Shown: piece after piece, positions 42,047 to 52,385 of the stretch
How the letters are laid out: each line of letters begins with the position of its first letter
Position numbering within the stretch: the stretch's first letter is position 1
Assembly (NCBI GenBank): GCA_963804165.1
Contig: CAWDPO010000017.1
Location: forward strand, 320,001 to 384,000
Direction of reading: 5' to 3'
Length of the DNA: 64,000 nucleotides
Source of the DNA: an uncultured delta proteobacterium
GTDB lineage: Bacteria > Desulfobacterota > Binatia > UBA9968
Program-made: the position numbers and the translations under genes
The notes under the pieces: generated by a model
Databases searched by the model: none
What the model was told of the DNA's origin: nothing
The model's input: the letters and a program-made list of their open reading frames with translations, nothing else

Positions 42047-42598
42047 ATGATTGTTCTCAGTCCAGAAGGAAAAGCGCAAACGTCGGCGGCGAAAGTCGCG
42101 AGTTTGCCGCAGTTCACGGAACTGCGGGGCAAAGTGTTGGGTCTGCTCGATAATAGCAAGCCCAACATGGACAAGCTGGCCGAGCGCTTCGCCGAACAGC
42201 TCAAGGAAAAATACGGCGTCGCCAAGGTGATTAGCCGCCGAAAGCTCACTGCCCAGCAGGGCGCGCCCAAACAATATCTCGACGAACTGGCCTCGCAGGC
42301 TGATTTTGTTATTAGCGGGCTCGGTGATTGAGGATCGTGCACGTCGTGGAGTGTCCACGACTCAATCGAGATTCAAAAGCGCGGCCGCTTTGCGATCACG
42401 GTGATTACCCACGCCTTCGCCGCGTTGGCGAAATCTGAGAAGGAAGCCTTTGGCGCTCCGGATCATCCCGTGCTGGTCGTGCAGCATCCGATCGGCACGG
42501 TGAAGATCGAAGAAGTGAATAAAAAAGCCGACGCGGCGTTCAGTAAGCTGATCGAGATTCTGCTCGCGCCAGAGGCGGCGAGGACGAAAGTCGCGTAA
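42047..42598 (+). CDS. UGSC-motif selenoprotein (183 aa; Sec at TGA 42329-42331)
   Basis: AGGAGG RBS; frame stays open past TGA: ...ISGLGD-U-GSCTSWSVHDSIEIQKRG...; joins track ORFs 41981..42331 and 42401..42598 in frame; paralogue at 55645 has TGA at the same position. Confidence 0.88.
42343..42361 (+). promoter_or_regulatory. putative bacterial SECIS hairpin
   Basis: GTCGTGGA-GTG-TCCACGAC, a perfect 8-bp stem starting 11 nt after the UGA. Confidence 0.8.
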
Positions 42599-42857
42599 CC
42601 AAATTCGTTTCGGTTTCGGCTTCAAGTTCAGCGGCGTCTCGGAAATTCGTTCACAAAGTTTTTAGAGTTGGCAGCAGGTGAAGTCGAACGCAAATCCCCC
42701 TGTATCCCCCTTTTTTCAAAGGGGGGATTTTGTTCCGTGTGGTTCTCACCCCTCTTTGACAAAGAGGGGAAGGGGAGATTTCTCCGATGGAATGCCGTGG
42801 CAATAATTCAGCGACCTTCCGGAACAGGATATTAGCGCGTAGCCAGAGAAAGCGATT

Positions 42858-43910
42858 ATGACTACAGCAGCACTTCAAGCGGAACGTTTCGAAATACCCG
42901 ACGATATTTGGGCGGCGCAGGCTTTTTTCGAAGAAAAAGGTTGGGGTGATGGTTTACCGATCATTCCACCGACGGAAGAACGAGTGGCGCAAATGCTCGC
43001 GGCGACCAAGCGCAAACCCGACGAAGTGATCGGTGCGGTGCCGCCGCGCTGGGCTCAAGCGACGGTGGAGAAGATCGCCATCAACGGCGTGATGGCGGGC
43101 TGCAAGCCGGAATATATGCCGGTGCTGATCGCCGCGGCCGAAGCGCTCACCGATCCCAAGCTCAATCTCTATGCGTTGCAAGCGACGACCGGAGGGCCAG
43201 CGGTGATGCTCATCATCAACGGGCCGATCCGCAATCAGTTGAACATCAACGGCGGGTCCAATGCGTTGGGCGAAGGATGGCGCGCCAACGCGACCATCGG
43301 CCGCTTCGTGCAACTGGTGAAACGCAATATCGGCGGCTCCTATCCCGGCACGACCTGCAAGGCGACTCTAGGTTGGCCTGGAAAATATTCCATCTGCGTC
43401 GGCGAAAACGAGGAGGCGAGCCCGTGGGAGCCGCTGCACGTCGAGCGCGGCTTCAAAGCGGAGCAAAGCACGGTCACGGCGATCAGCGCGGATGCGTCGA
43501 TCCGCGCATCGGATTTGGACAGCTCGACGGCTGAAGGCGTGCTGATCAATTTCGCGCAGAAAATGGACGGACCGTCGGGGCCGGAAGCGATCATGGTAAT
43601 TTGCCCCGAGCACGCCAAGATCATCGCCGGCGATGGTTTCAGCAAAAAGGACGTTCAGAAATTCATCTGGGAGCGCGCCGCCTATCGTATGAAAGATCTT
43701 CCCGACGAGACTTTCGAGCAGCGCGTCAAGCGCCGATCGGATCTAAAGCTGACGCGCGACAGCATTATTCCCGTAACCGATAGGCCCGAGGACATACTCG
43801 TCATCGTCGCCGGCGGCGACGGCTCGCAGTCGCAGTACATTCACGTCTGGGGACAAAGCACGCCCGAGGGCGGGTCGACGAGATCGGTCACTAAAATAAT
43901 CAAAGATTAA
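42858..43910 (+). CDS. conserved hypothetical protein, partner of the UGSC selenoprotein
   Basis: DGLPIIPPTEERV..ML, EKIAINGVMAGC.PEY, ANATIGR, GWPGKY, SPWEP motifs shared with 56747..57814. Confidence 0.8.
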   Translation: MTTAALQAERFEIPDDIWAAQAFFEEKGWGDGLPIIPPTEERVAQMLAATKRKPDEVIGAVPPRWAQATVEKIAINGVMAGCKPEYMPVLIAAAEALTDPKLNLYALQATTGGPAVMLIINGPIRNQLNINGGSNALGEGWRANATIGRFVQLVKRNIGGSYPGTTCKATLGWPGKYSICVGENEEASPWEPLHVERGFKAEQSTVTAISADASIRASDLDSSTAEGVLINFAQKMDGPSGPEAIMVICPEHAKIIAGDGFSKKDVQKFIWERAAYRMKDLPDETFEQRVKRRSDLKLTRDSIIPVTDRPEDILVIVAGGDGSQSQYIHVWGQSTPEGGSTRSVTKIIKD

Positions 43911-44013
43911 GAGTTCCAAACGTTCAAATCGTTCCAGTCGTTCCAATCGTTTCGGATAGCGCTTGTCCGATGTATTACCCTCGCCCGCTCGCGGGAGAGG
44001 GGAGGGTGAGGGC

Positions 44014-44989
44014 GTGCATCGACCTTTCCTATTCATCAGCCTGCTTTTGAGCTTGTTGTCCCGTGGTGACATTTCTTTCGCCGCCGACAAGTTGCGCATA
44101 AGCTACTCGGGTACAACGACGAGCAACGCGCTCCTTTGGGTGACCAAGGAAGCGAAACTTTTTGATAGGAACGGCATCGACGCCGAAGTGCTTTACCTGG
44201 CTGCGTCGCTCGGCCAGACCGCGTTGATTGCGGGAGAGACTCAGTTCGCGGTTTACACCGGACTGTTGATGACGCCAACCCGGCTTGCAAGGCGCCGACG
44301 TGACGATGATCGCGGGATTTCTAAATTATTTAGTCTCCCGCTTGGTCGTGCGTCCCGACATCAAGACCGCTGCGGACTTGAAAGGCAAACGTTTGGCTGT
44401 GTCGCGCTTCGGCACGGCGTCGGATTTCGGCACCCGTCTCATGGTTTCCAAGCTCGGTTTGAATCCCGACACCGACGTTACGATTCTGCAGATCGGCGAT
44501 ACGCCGACCCGCGTCGCCGCGATGATGGCGAAGGGCGTGGACGGCGCGATCTTCGATCCGCCGGATCACAAGCGTGCGGTCGAAAACGGCGGCCGCATCA
44601 TGATGAACCTGGAAGAAACTGTGATTCCCTACCAACACGCCGGCTTGATGACGACGCGAAAGTACATCGCCGCCCGGCCGGATATCGTCAGACGTGTGGT
44701 CAAATCGATCGTCGAGGGCGCCGCGGTGGTGCGCAAAGATCCCGAGACCACCAAGCGAGCGCTGTCGGTCCGCATGCGCATCAAAGATCCCAAGGACCTC
44801 GAAGAAACCTATCAGCAGCTGCGCGGTTTCACGCAAGCCAAACCTTATCCGAGCCTCGAAGGTTTCAAAGCGATCTTGAATGATTTGTCGAAGCGCATGC
44901 CCGCGGCGAAAAATGCTGATCCCAAAGATTTTGCCGATCTCCGGTTTATCGAGGAATTGGACAAGTCGGGTTATATCGATGGGCTCTAG
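44014..44989 (+). CDS. ABC substrate-binding protein, NMT1/SsuA-like (frameshift near 44285)
   Basis: GTG start after GGAGG; ADKLRISYSG; DLKGKRLAVSRFGTASDF; ELDKSGYIDGL. Confidence 0.82.
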
Positions 44990-45064
44990 AACCGTTCCAA
45001 GTTCAATGTTCAAAGTTCAAAGTCGGACGATGCTATTGCATACGCGTGGGCGGTCTGGCTCGCG

Positions 45065-46022
45065 GTGATGCTTTTCATCTTGCCAGATTCGAGCGGTGCC
45101 GCCGACAAGCTCCGCATCGGCTACTCCGGAGCGACAGTCAGCAATGCGATGCTCTGGGTGACCGATGAAGGCAAGCTCTTTCAGAAAAACGGCATCGATC
45201 CGCAAATACTCTACCTGCAAACGACCCTTGGACAGACGGCAATGATTGCCGGCGAGATCGACATGTGCGTCTATTCCGGCAGTCTGCTTTCGTCGGCGCG
45301 GTTGCAGGGCGTCGACGTGGTCATGGTCGTGAGTTTTCTCAACAAGCCGCTATATCGGCTGGTGGTTCGCCCCGAGATTCGTACTGTCGCCGATCTCAAA
45401 GGAAAGCGGCTCGGCATCACGCGCTTCGGCACGGTCACCGATTCGATGTCCCGGCTCCTGGTTGGGCAGACTCGGGCTGGATCCGGATAGAGACGTTTCC
45501 TACGTACAGGTCGGCGACGTACCGGTGCTTCTAGCGTCCTTATCCAGCGGCAGGATCATTGACGGCGCGATCATTCAACCGCCTTACTATGTCAAAGCCG
45601 TAGCTTCCGGCATGCATGTTTTAGTCAACATGCAAGAGATGGATCTGCCGGTTCAGCAAACGGGCCTGAATACGACGCAAAAGTTTATTGCAAAAAATCC
45701 CGACGTCGTGCGACGAGCCGTCAAGTCCGTGATCGAAGGAATTCATCTAATGCGCACCAATCCCGCCGTGGCCAAGCGGGCGCTCTCCAAGCGCATGCAA
45801 ATCAAAGACGAAAAGGAGATTGGAGGATACCTATCAATTCTCAAAAGTTTCATTCAGGTGAAACCGTATCCGTCACTCTGGAAGGTTTCAGAACGATCTT
45901 CGAAGATCTGGCGAAAGCGGGTGCCGGCGGCGAAAACCGCCAACGCGAAGGAATATGTGGATACTCGATTCATCGACGAGCTGGACAAGTCCGGCTATAT
46001 CGACGGACTGTATCGCCAGTGA
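45065..46022 (+). CDS. ABC substrate-binding protein, NMT1/SsuA-like (frameshift near 45465; start uncertain)
   Basis: ADKLRIGYSG, DLKGKRLGITRFG, ELDKSGYIDGLY; paralogue of the upstream gene. Confidence 0.8.
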
Positions 46023-46218
46023 ACTGTAAGAGCTACATAGCGTTTGCCGTTTATGGTTTCCTTCGACTTCGCTCAGGGCAGGCTGCCTCACCACGAACGG
46101 CTTGTCCCTTGACCGTTCACCCTGCAGCTTGTCGAAGGGTTCTTCGAATTTAGACGTGAAGCAACTGTTATAGATCACTAGTGATGAACTGCTGTATGAC
46201 GGGTAACGGAAGAGAACG

Positions 46219-47214
46219 ATGTTGAGAGTAAAAAGATGGATGATTTGCTTTGCTTTCACTGTAGCTCTTGCTGCCGCCGCACAGGGACAAAGCCTGCCCA
46301 AAGTCCGCGCCGCCTACACCTCCATAGGCATCCAATTCGATCCGGTTTACATCATGAAGGAGCTCAACCTGTCGCGGAAATACGGCGTGGATGCCGAGAT
46401 TCTTTTTGTTCCGGTGAGCTCGCGCGCCGTTCAGGCGGCTCTGGCCGGCGAGATTCAGTTCATCACCAGCGCCGGCGTCGCGAACATCAACGCCAACATG
46501 AGCGGCGCTGACTTCGTCGGCCTGACCGCGACGCTCAATACTTTTGTGTTCAAAATCATCGCGCATCCGGATATCAAAAAGCCCGAAATGCTAAAGGGCA
46601 AGAAGGTCGGCATTTCCCGGCTCGGAGGCGCCAGCGATTTTTCCATCCGCTATGCGCTGACTCGCTGGGGCTTGGTTCCCGACAAAGACGTCGCCATTAT
46701 CCAGGTGGGCGGCGAGCAGGAAGAGTTTCTGGCGCTGCAAAACAAAGCGGTGGACGCCGTCGTTTTATCGGAGCCCTTCGCGGAGCTGGCGAAACGATCG
46801 GGTTCCGCCGTTCTCGCCGATTTAAGCCAGCTTGGCGTGGCCTATTCGATGCATGGCTTCGGTGCGCGAAAAAGTTTCATTCAGGCCAATCGGGACGTCG
46901 TCATCCGATTCATGAAAGCCTATCTCGAGGGCATCTATGTTTTTAAAACGAACAAAGACCTCGCGCTGAACGTCCTGAAAAAGTATACGCGGGTCGACGA
47001 TCTGTCCCTGGTACAAGTGGCTTATGACGAGATGTCGCAGAGACTGATCCGTAGAGCTCCCCACCCGGACCGCGAAGGCATTCAGACCATCATCGATCAA
47101 CTCGCCAAGACCCGCCCGCAAATGAAAAATCTCAACCCCGGCGACTTCATCGATCCGTCGATCTTGAAAGAAATCGAGGACAGCGGCTTTATTAAAAAGT
47201 TGTATGGAAATTAG
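46219..47214 (+). CDS. ABC substrate-binding protein, NMT1/SsuA-like
   Basis: Signal peptide; LKGKKVGISRLGGASDF; EIEDSGFIKKLY. Confidence 0.9.
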   Translation: MLRVKRWMICFAFTVALAAAAQGQSLPKVRAAYTSIGIQFDPVYIMKELNLSRKYGVDAEILFVPVSSRAVQAALAGEIQFITSAGVANINANMSGADFVGLTATLNTFVFKIIAHPDIKKPEMLKGKKVGISRLGGASDFSIRYALTRWGLVPDKDVAIIQVGGEQEEFLALQNKAVDAVVLSEPFAELAKRSGSAVLADLSQLGVAYSMHGFGARKSFIQANRDVVIRFMKAYLEGIYVFKTNKDLALNVLKKYTRVDDLSLVQVAYDEMSQRLIRRAPHPDREGIQTIIDQLAKTRPQMKNLNPGDFIDPSILKEIEDSGFIKKLYGN

Positions 47215-47313
47215 CGGTCGATGTGTCCATGCCTGATCCCTGATCTAATCCCGGATCTGACCCAAACAAACTAAACCTTTACTTCTACCTATCTGTGAGA
47301 TTAGGTGGTATCG

Positions 47314-48286
47314 ATGTCGAATCTTAAACTTACTCTTGCATGCTGGGACTACGATCGTACCCGGCCGCTCATGGATGGTCGGGTGAAGGCCGAAGGAATC
47401 GATCTCGACATAAAGGTCATGCGACCGCGCGAATTGTTTGCTCGGATGCTGGAAAAAAAAGAGTTTGAAATCTCCGAACTATCGCTTGGTCACTATGTCA
47501 CCCTCAAAGGCCGCGGCAGCTGTCCATTCATTGCGGTGCCCGTGGCGTTATCCAAGATCTTCCGCCACTCGTGTATTTACGTACGGACCGATGCGGGCAT
47601 CAGAAGCCCCCAGGACCTGCGGGGCAAGCGGGTGGGAACTACTCAGCTCGGGTCTACCGGAATTATTTTCATGAATGGAATGATGCAACACGAGTATGGC
47701 GTAGGTCTGGAGGATATCCACTGGTTCATTGGCGGATTGGATTCTCCCGCCACGAGACCGGTGGTTCCTCTGAGTCTGCCGGATAAAATTAAGGTTGACT
47801 TGCTTCCTTCGAGCCAAACCCTGGAGGCAATGCTAGAGGCCGGACAACTGGACGCCTTGTTCGCGCTGAACATTCCTTCGGTCTTCCAGAAGGGCTCAGC
47901 CCGCATAGCGCGCCTGTTTCCGAACTATTATGAAATAGAGCAGGACTATTATCGTCGCACAAAGATCTTTCCGATCATGCACACCGTGGTGGTCCGCGAC
48001 GATGTCTACCGCGAGAATCCATGGGTGGCCGGAAGTATCTATAAGGCCCTCTGCGAGGCTCGGGATCTAGCCGTCGACGGACTTTATGACACCGACGCGC
48101 TCCGCCTCTCGCTTCCTTGGCTCATCAACCATCTCGAGGAGACCTGGAAGGTCTTAGGGAAGATTTTGGACCTACGGTTTGGAGCCCAACCGTCCGGCTT
48201 TTGAGGCTATCGGCCAGTATGTCTACGAGCAGGGTTTCTCGCCCCGCCCAGTCAGCCCCGACGAGCTGTTCGCGCTGAATTTATGA
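47314..48286 (+). CDS. 4,5-dihydroxyphthalate decarboxylase (PhtD/OphC)-like protein; frameshifted near 48160
   Basis: LTLACWDYDRTRPLMDGRV, FRHSCIYV, IFPIMH; alternate frame gives FWTYGLEPNRP..YEQG..DELF. Confidence 0.75.
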
Positions 48287-48355
48287 AGACTCTTCGGCCA
48301 AGCGTTGCCACTAGCTCATGTTGTAAAACACTCATAGTTAAGTAGAGGAACATTG

Positions 48356-49210
48356 ATGAACGAAAGCATTTCTTCGACTCAGATGGGTGACCCTATGGTT
48401 CCGGTACCCATCCCGGCGCAGGTTCCGGTGAAAGAGGGGATGGCGGAGCTTCCCAACACTCATCTTGGGTATTGGGATACGGGCGGCAGTGGAGAGCCGG
48501 TCGTGTTCCTCCATCCAGCTTCGGGTAGCGCGCTGGTATGGCTGTACCAGCAGCCCGTATTTGCCAAAGCCGGTTACCGTGTCATCGCTTACTCACGGCG
48601 CAACTATTACAACTCGGACTCGGCGCCCCAAGAGAATCCGGGGAGCGGATCGGAAGACCTGCAGAATCTGATTGAATTCCTCGGTCTGGAGAAGTTCCAT
48701 ATAGTGAGCTCGGCCGCCGGCGGCAGTGTCGCTGCCGATTACGCGCTGTCCCACCCGGAGCGTCTGCTTAGCCTTACGGTATCCAGTAACAACCTTGCGT
48801 CTACCAAAGGCTACATTGCCGAAGCCGCCGCCAGGATTCTTAAATTCAACGAGTGGAACGATCTGCCGCGCTGGTTTCGCGAGCTCGGGTCTTCCTATCG
48901 CGGGGCTAACCCTGAAGGCACCGCTAAATGGACCGAACTCAACCACAAATCGGAGACCGGAAGGGGTGCCAAGCAAAAGTTGATGAATGTGGTGACGCCG
49001 GAGAAGCTGGAGACCCTTAAAGTCCGGACGTTGCTGATGACCGGCGCCGCCGATTTGTACACTCCGCCTTCTATCATGCGGATGATCGCGCGCCATGTTC
49101 CCAACAATGAGATGGTGATCGTGCCGGAGTGCGGCCATGCAATCTATTGGGAGCAACCCGAGCTCTTCAACCGCATTGTGCTGGGATTTATCGGCCGAAC
49201 TTCGAAATAG
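48356..49210 (+). CDS. alpha/beta hydrolase fold protein
   Basis: YWDTGG..VVFLH, YRVIAYSRR, CGHAIYWEQPELFN; elbow reads VSSAAGG. Confidence 0.85.
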   Translation: MNESISSTQMGDPMVPVPIPAQVPVKEGMAELPNTHLGYWDTGGSGEPVVFLHPASGSALVWLYQQPVFAKAGYRVIAYSRRNYYNSDSAPQENPGSGSEDLQNLIEFLGLEKFHIVSSAAGGSVAADYALSHPERLLSLTVSSNNLASTKGYIAEAAARILKFNEWNDLPRWFRELGSSYRGANPEGTAKWTELNHKSETGRGAKQKLMNVVTPEKLETLKVRTLLMTGAADLYTPPSIMRMIARHVPNNEMVIVPECGHAIYWEQPELFNRIVLGFIGRTSK

Positions 49211-49287
49211 GCCCGCGGTAGACCATTCGCGATGCTTTGCACATCCGAGTTCGAGTTTACCTCTTAGAAATTTCTCAGGAGATTGCC

Positions 49288-50362
49288 ATGAGAAAAAGCG
49301 TTCTTTCTGGCGTGATTTCAGTTCTGGTTTGCGCGTGGGTAGTGGCGGCAACGCCAACAGCGGCGCAGGAAACCGCCGGCCAGATTTTGGCGCGACTTGA
49401 AAAGCTTTCGGCCGAGAACCGGCAGAAAGCCCTGGTCGAGCGCGCAAGGAATGAGAAAGAAGTCACGTTTTATAGCTCGCTCCAGACCAGCGATGCGGAA
49501 CCCTTTCTGAAAGCGTTCAACAAACGATACCCCTTTATCAAGGTGAATACCTATCGTATCTCCGGCCAGAAACAGGTGATCATGATCCAATCGGAGTTCA
49601 ACGCCGGCAGGCATGCCTTTGACGTTACCAACGCCTCAGCCGCTCAAGCCTTTGGGATCAAGAAGACCGGCGCGTTGGACCCGTATCCAAGCCCACAGCG
49701 CCAATATTTTTCCACCGCGCACAAGGACAAGGAGGGATACTTCACTCCGACTTATATTGTGCCGGTAGTGCTTGGTTTCAACACCAACATGGTCAAGCGG
49801 AGTGAAGCGCCCAAACGCTATGAAGATCTGCTGGAGCCCAGATGGAAGAGCAATATGATTTTGGACATCGAGGAGTTTCCCTGGTTTGCCGTGATGCTCA
49901 AACACTATGGCCGGGAAAAAGGTTTGGACTACATGAGGAGACTGGCCAAGCAGGAGATCCAGATGGGCCGGGGACGCACGACCCAGGCGCAACTGATCAG
50001 CGCGGGCGAGCGAGCCGTCGGCATAGCGCTCAACAGTTCTTCCGTGCTCGACTTCAAGACTCGCGGCGCGCCACTCGACTGGACCATTCTCGATCCGTAC
50101 TACGCCAAACCCAACATGCTAATGTTTGCGCGCCACGCGCCTCATCCCCATGCAGCGGCGCTGTTGATCGACTGGACGCTCTCCGAGGAAGGCCAATCTT
50201 TACTGTCGACCTTGGGTTACGTGGTTGCGCGCAAGGGCGTGAAGCAAAGCGTCCCGGCATTATTGGAAAAGGAGAGTTTTCTCGCCGACCCTGATTTTAT
50301 TGGTCCGATCTTGGAAGAGACCGGCAAGAGACTTTCGCAGCGTATTCACAGGTGGACGTTAG
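49288..50362 (+). CDS. extracellular solute-binding protein (Fe/thiamine cluster); true end inferred across an indel near 50328
   Basis: Signal peptide, FYSSL, GFNTNMV, APHPHAAALLIDWTLSEEGQ; the track ORF runs to 50442 with an implausible tail. Confidence 0.8.
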
Positions 50363-50701
50363 TTAGAATGTGCCGGACTTGCCTGACTCTACTCAGCGTC
50401 TTGTTCATGACGCTGATTCCGTTTTTGCTGATAGAGATATAATTAGGCAATTAAGACGAGTGACATGACTCGAACCTGAATGCCGGCGGGAGTCAATCTT
50501 CAGGTCGGATGAGAGGTGAGATTATTCCGTTGGAGAAATCAATTCAATTAGAGGTTCCGATCACTCTGGTTGAGCCGAACGGCTCTGCGAACACCGTCTT
50601 CAACCGGTCTAGACAATCGTGGGCGATGCTTGGAGATCTAATGCATCCTGTGCCGCTGTCGTTCCGTCGCCTTATGCAGTTGTTAGTGGCTTCCACTTTC
50701 G

Positions 50702-51169
50702 TCACCGCCCTTCTCGGGCGCGAGATTCGACGGCACCCACCACCGCAAGAATTATCACGGCCAGGAGCGTGCTGAAGAGTGCCACGCCTAAACTGCCTAA
50801 GCCCACGGTCACGCCGATGGCAGCCGTCATCCACACGCCGGCCGCCGTCGTCAATCCTTGGATGTCACGCTCTTCGCTCAACTTGAGGATGGAACCGGCG
50901 CCAATGAAGCCGATGCCGGTCAGAATCCCTTGGATGACTCGCGACAAGCCGTCCAACGACATGCCGACGCCGGAGCAGGCGAGGATAAAGACGGCTGTGC
51001 CGAGGCTCACGAGTGTATGAGTCCGTAACCCCGCTGGCTTACCGGCCCGCTCGCGCTCGAACCCCACGACCGCACCCAACAGCGTGGCCGCTATCAACCG
51101 GATGATTACTTGGGTCAATTGCCTCGTGTTAGACAACCCTGAAGTTAATTCCTCCCAAAGGATATCCAT
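50702..51169 (-). CDS. MgtC/SapB family membrane protein
   Basis: GFERE..KPAGLRTH, GIGFIGAG, GLTTAAGVW. Confidence 0.92.
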   Translation of the reverse strand: MDILWEELTSGLSNTRQLTQVIIRLIAATLLGAVVGFERERAGKPAGLRTHTLVSLGTAVFILACSGVGMSLDGLSRVIQGILTGIGFIGAGSILKLSEERDIQGLTTAAGVWMTAAIGVTVGLGSLGVALFSTLLAVIILAVVGAVESRAREGR

Positions 51170-51693
51170 TGTGCATCTCGTCAAATTTTGTGGTGTTGGA
51201 TCAGTATCCTAACGTCCGCCCAAACCGCTGCGCTGCCCGGCATGGTGACGCCGCTCAGTGTTCCAGTCCGTTTCATTATGATGCTCAACTGTGAAACTAG
51301 CCGATGTAGCCGGCGACAAATGCCGGTCCGCCCATCTCCGAGCGCGGCTCGCATTCCGAATTACATATGGGTCACAATATCGTCGCCTTAAATCAACTCA
51401 TCAAGAATATGCCGACCGCCAAACCACAGTCCGGCATGGCGCCCATCTCCTACTGGCCCGCAGCCTATTTCGTCCGCTCGACCAGAGTCAAGATCGGTAA
51501 TCGACGTGAGATTGAACTGCGCGACCCCTCAAACAAGTCGCGTAAACTGTTTGTAGAAGAATACCGTTCGCAAACCGTAGTCCTGGAAATCCCCCGCCAG
51601 GTGCTTTTCAAGGTGGCGATACGCCAATGAAACGAGCGGTGTAGAGCGTCAGACCAAGACAATAGCTCTTTGGACTGTCGGCTCGCTCGAGCG

Positions 51694-52206
51694 TTAGCCG
51701 TCTTGTTGGAGATCGATATAGGCACCTTCGATCAACTGCGATGGATGGACCCCCAACTTTTCCATGAGTTCATGTGCCTCGCGGACGCCACGTTCGGAAG
51801 GCTCGTCATCGGCGAGCATGACTTCGATCTCGAGGAAGTGTCCCAGCCCTTCAACTCGGTCGAGGTGGACGCGAGTTCGGCCGACAAGGAACAGGGTGCG
51901 ATGTTTCCGAACGCGCCCGACCTGGCCATATGCCAAGGAGAGTGACGTGCGCATCGCGTCGGGATCAGACGTCGGCGAGCGCAGGTAAAACGATTCCTTC
52001 GGGCCAAGCTGATTCGCACGACGATAGAAGATGAGCTCGCCGCTTTCGTTTGAGAAGGCACGAAGCTTTAAACGTCCCGAGTCGCACCGGAAGAAAGTAT
52101 CGTCTTGCGCGATCTCGATGGGGCCTTCTATCGCGAGGGCGACAACCTTTAGTGCGAGTGTTTCAACGCTCTCGATACGCGCTTTGATTTCAATATTGCG
52201 TGCCAT
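51694..52206 (-). CDS. CYTH-domain / class IV adenylate cyclase-like protein
   Basis: NIEIKAR, GRLKLR, RVHLDRVEGLGHFLEIEV. Confidence 0.9.
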   Translation of the reverse strand: MARNIEIKARIESVETLALKVVALAIEGPIEIAQDDTFFRCDSGRLKLRAFSNESGELIFYRRANQLGPKESFYLRSPTSDPDAMRTSLSLAYGQVGRVRKHRTLFLVGRTRVHLDRVEGLGHFLEIEVMLADDEPSERGVREAHELMEKLGVHPSQLIEGAYIDLQQDG

Positions 52207-52385
52207 GTGGTTCGATGAATCCCAAACACAATTTCAGAAAATATGTCGCCGATCTGAATCATCACGAGATCGCCAAGCGCATGCAGGGATCCGTTTTTAG
52301 TTTCATCTTCCTGGCAAATTCGATAGATGATTAAGCCGTGGGCCTGGCAATTTCTGTGGGCAACCTAATGAAGGAGATCTATTCG

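Noticed and set aside
17630-50330. Many frameshifted genes (near 17640, 25951/25991, 29885, 32105, 44285, 45465, 45820-45915, 48160, 50328) as programmed frameshifting or mass pseudogenisation
   Set aside because: They are single-base indels, often in short homopolymers, and include compensating pairs inside corA. There is no shared slippery motif and no other decay. Long-read consensus error is more parsimonious.
51188-51690. Short ORFs between mgtC and the CYTH gene (e.g. 51367..51630)
   Set aside because: No recognisable motif or RBS on either strand; possibly a decayed gene, but I cannot support a call.
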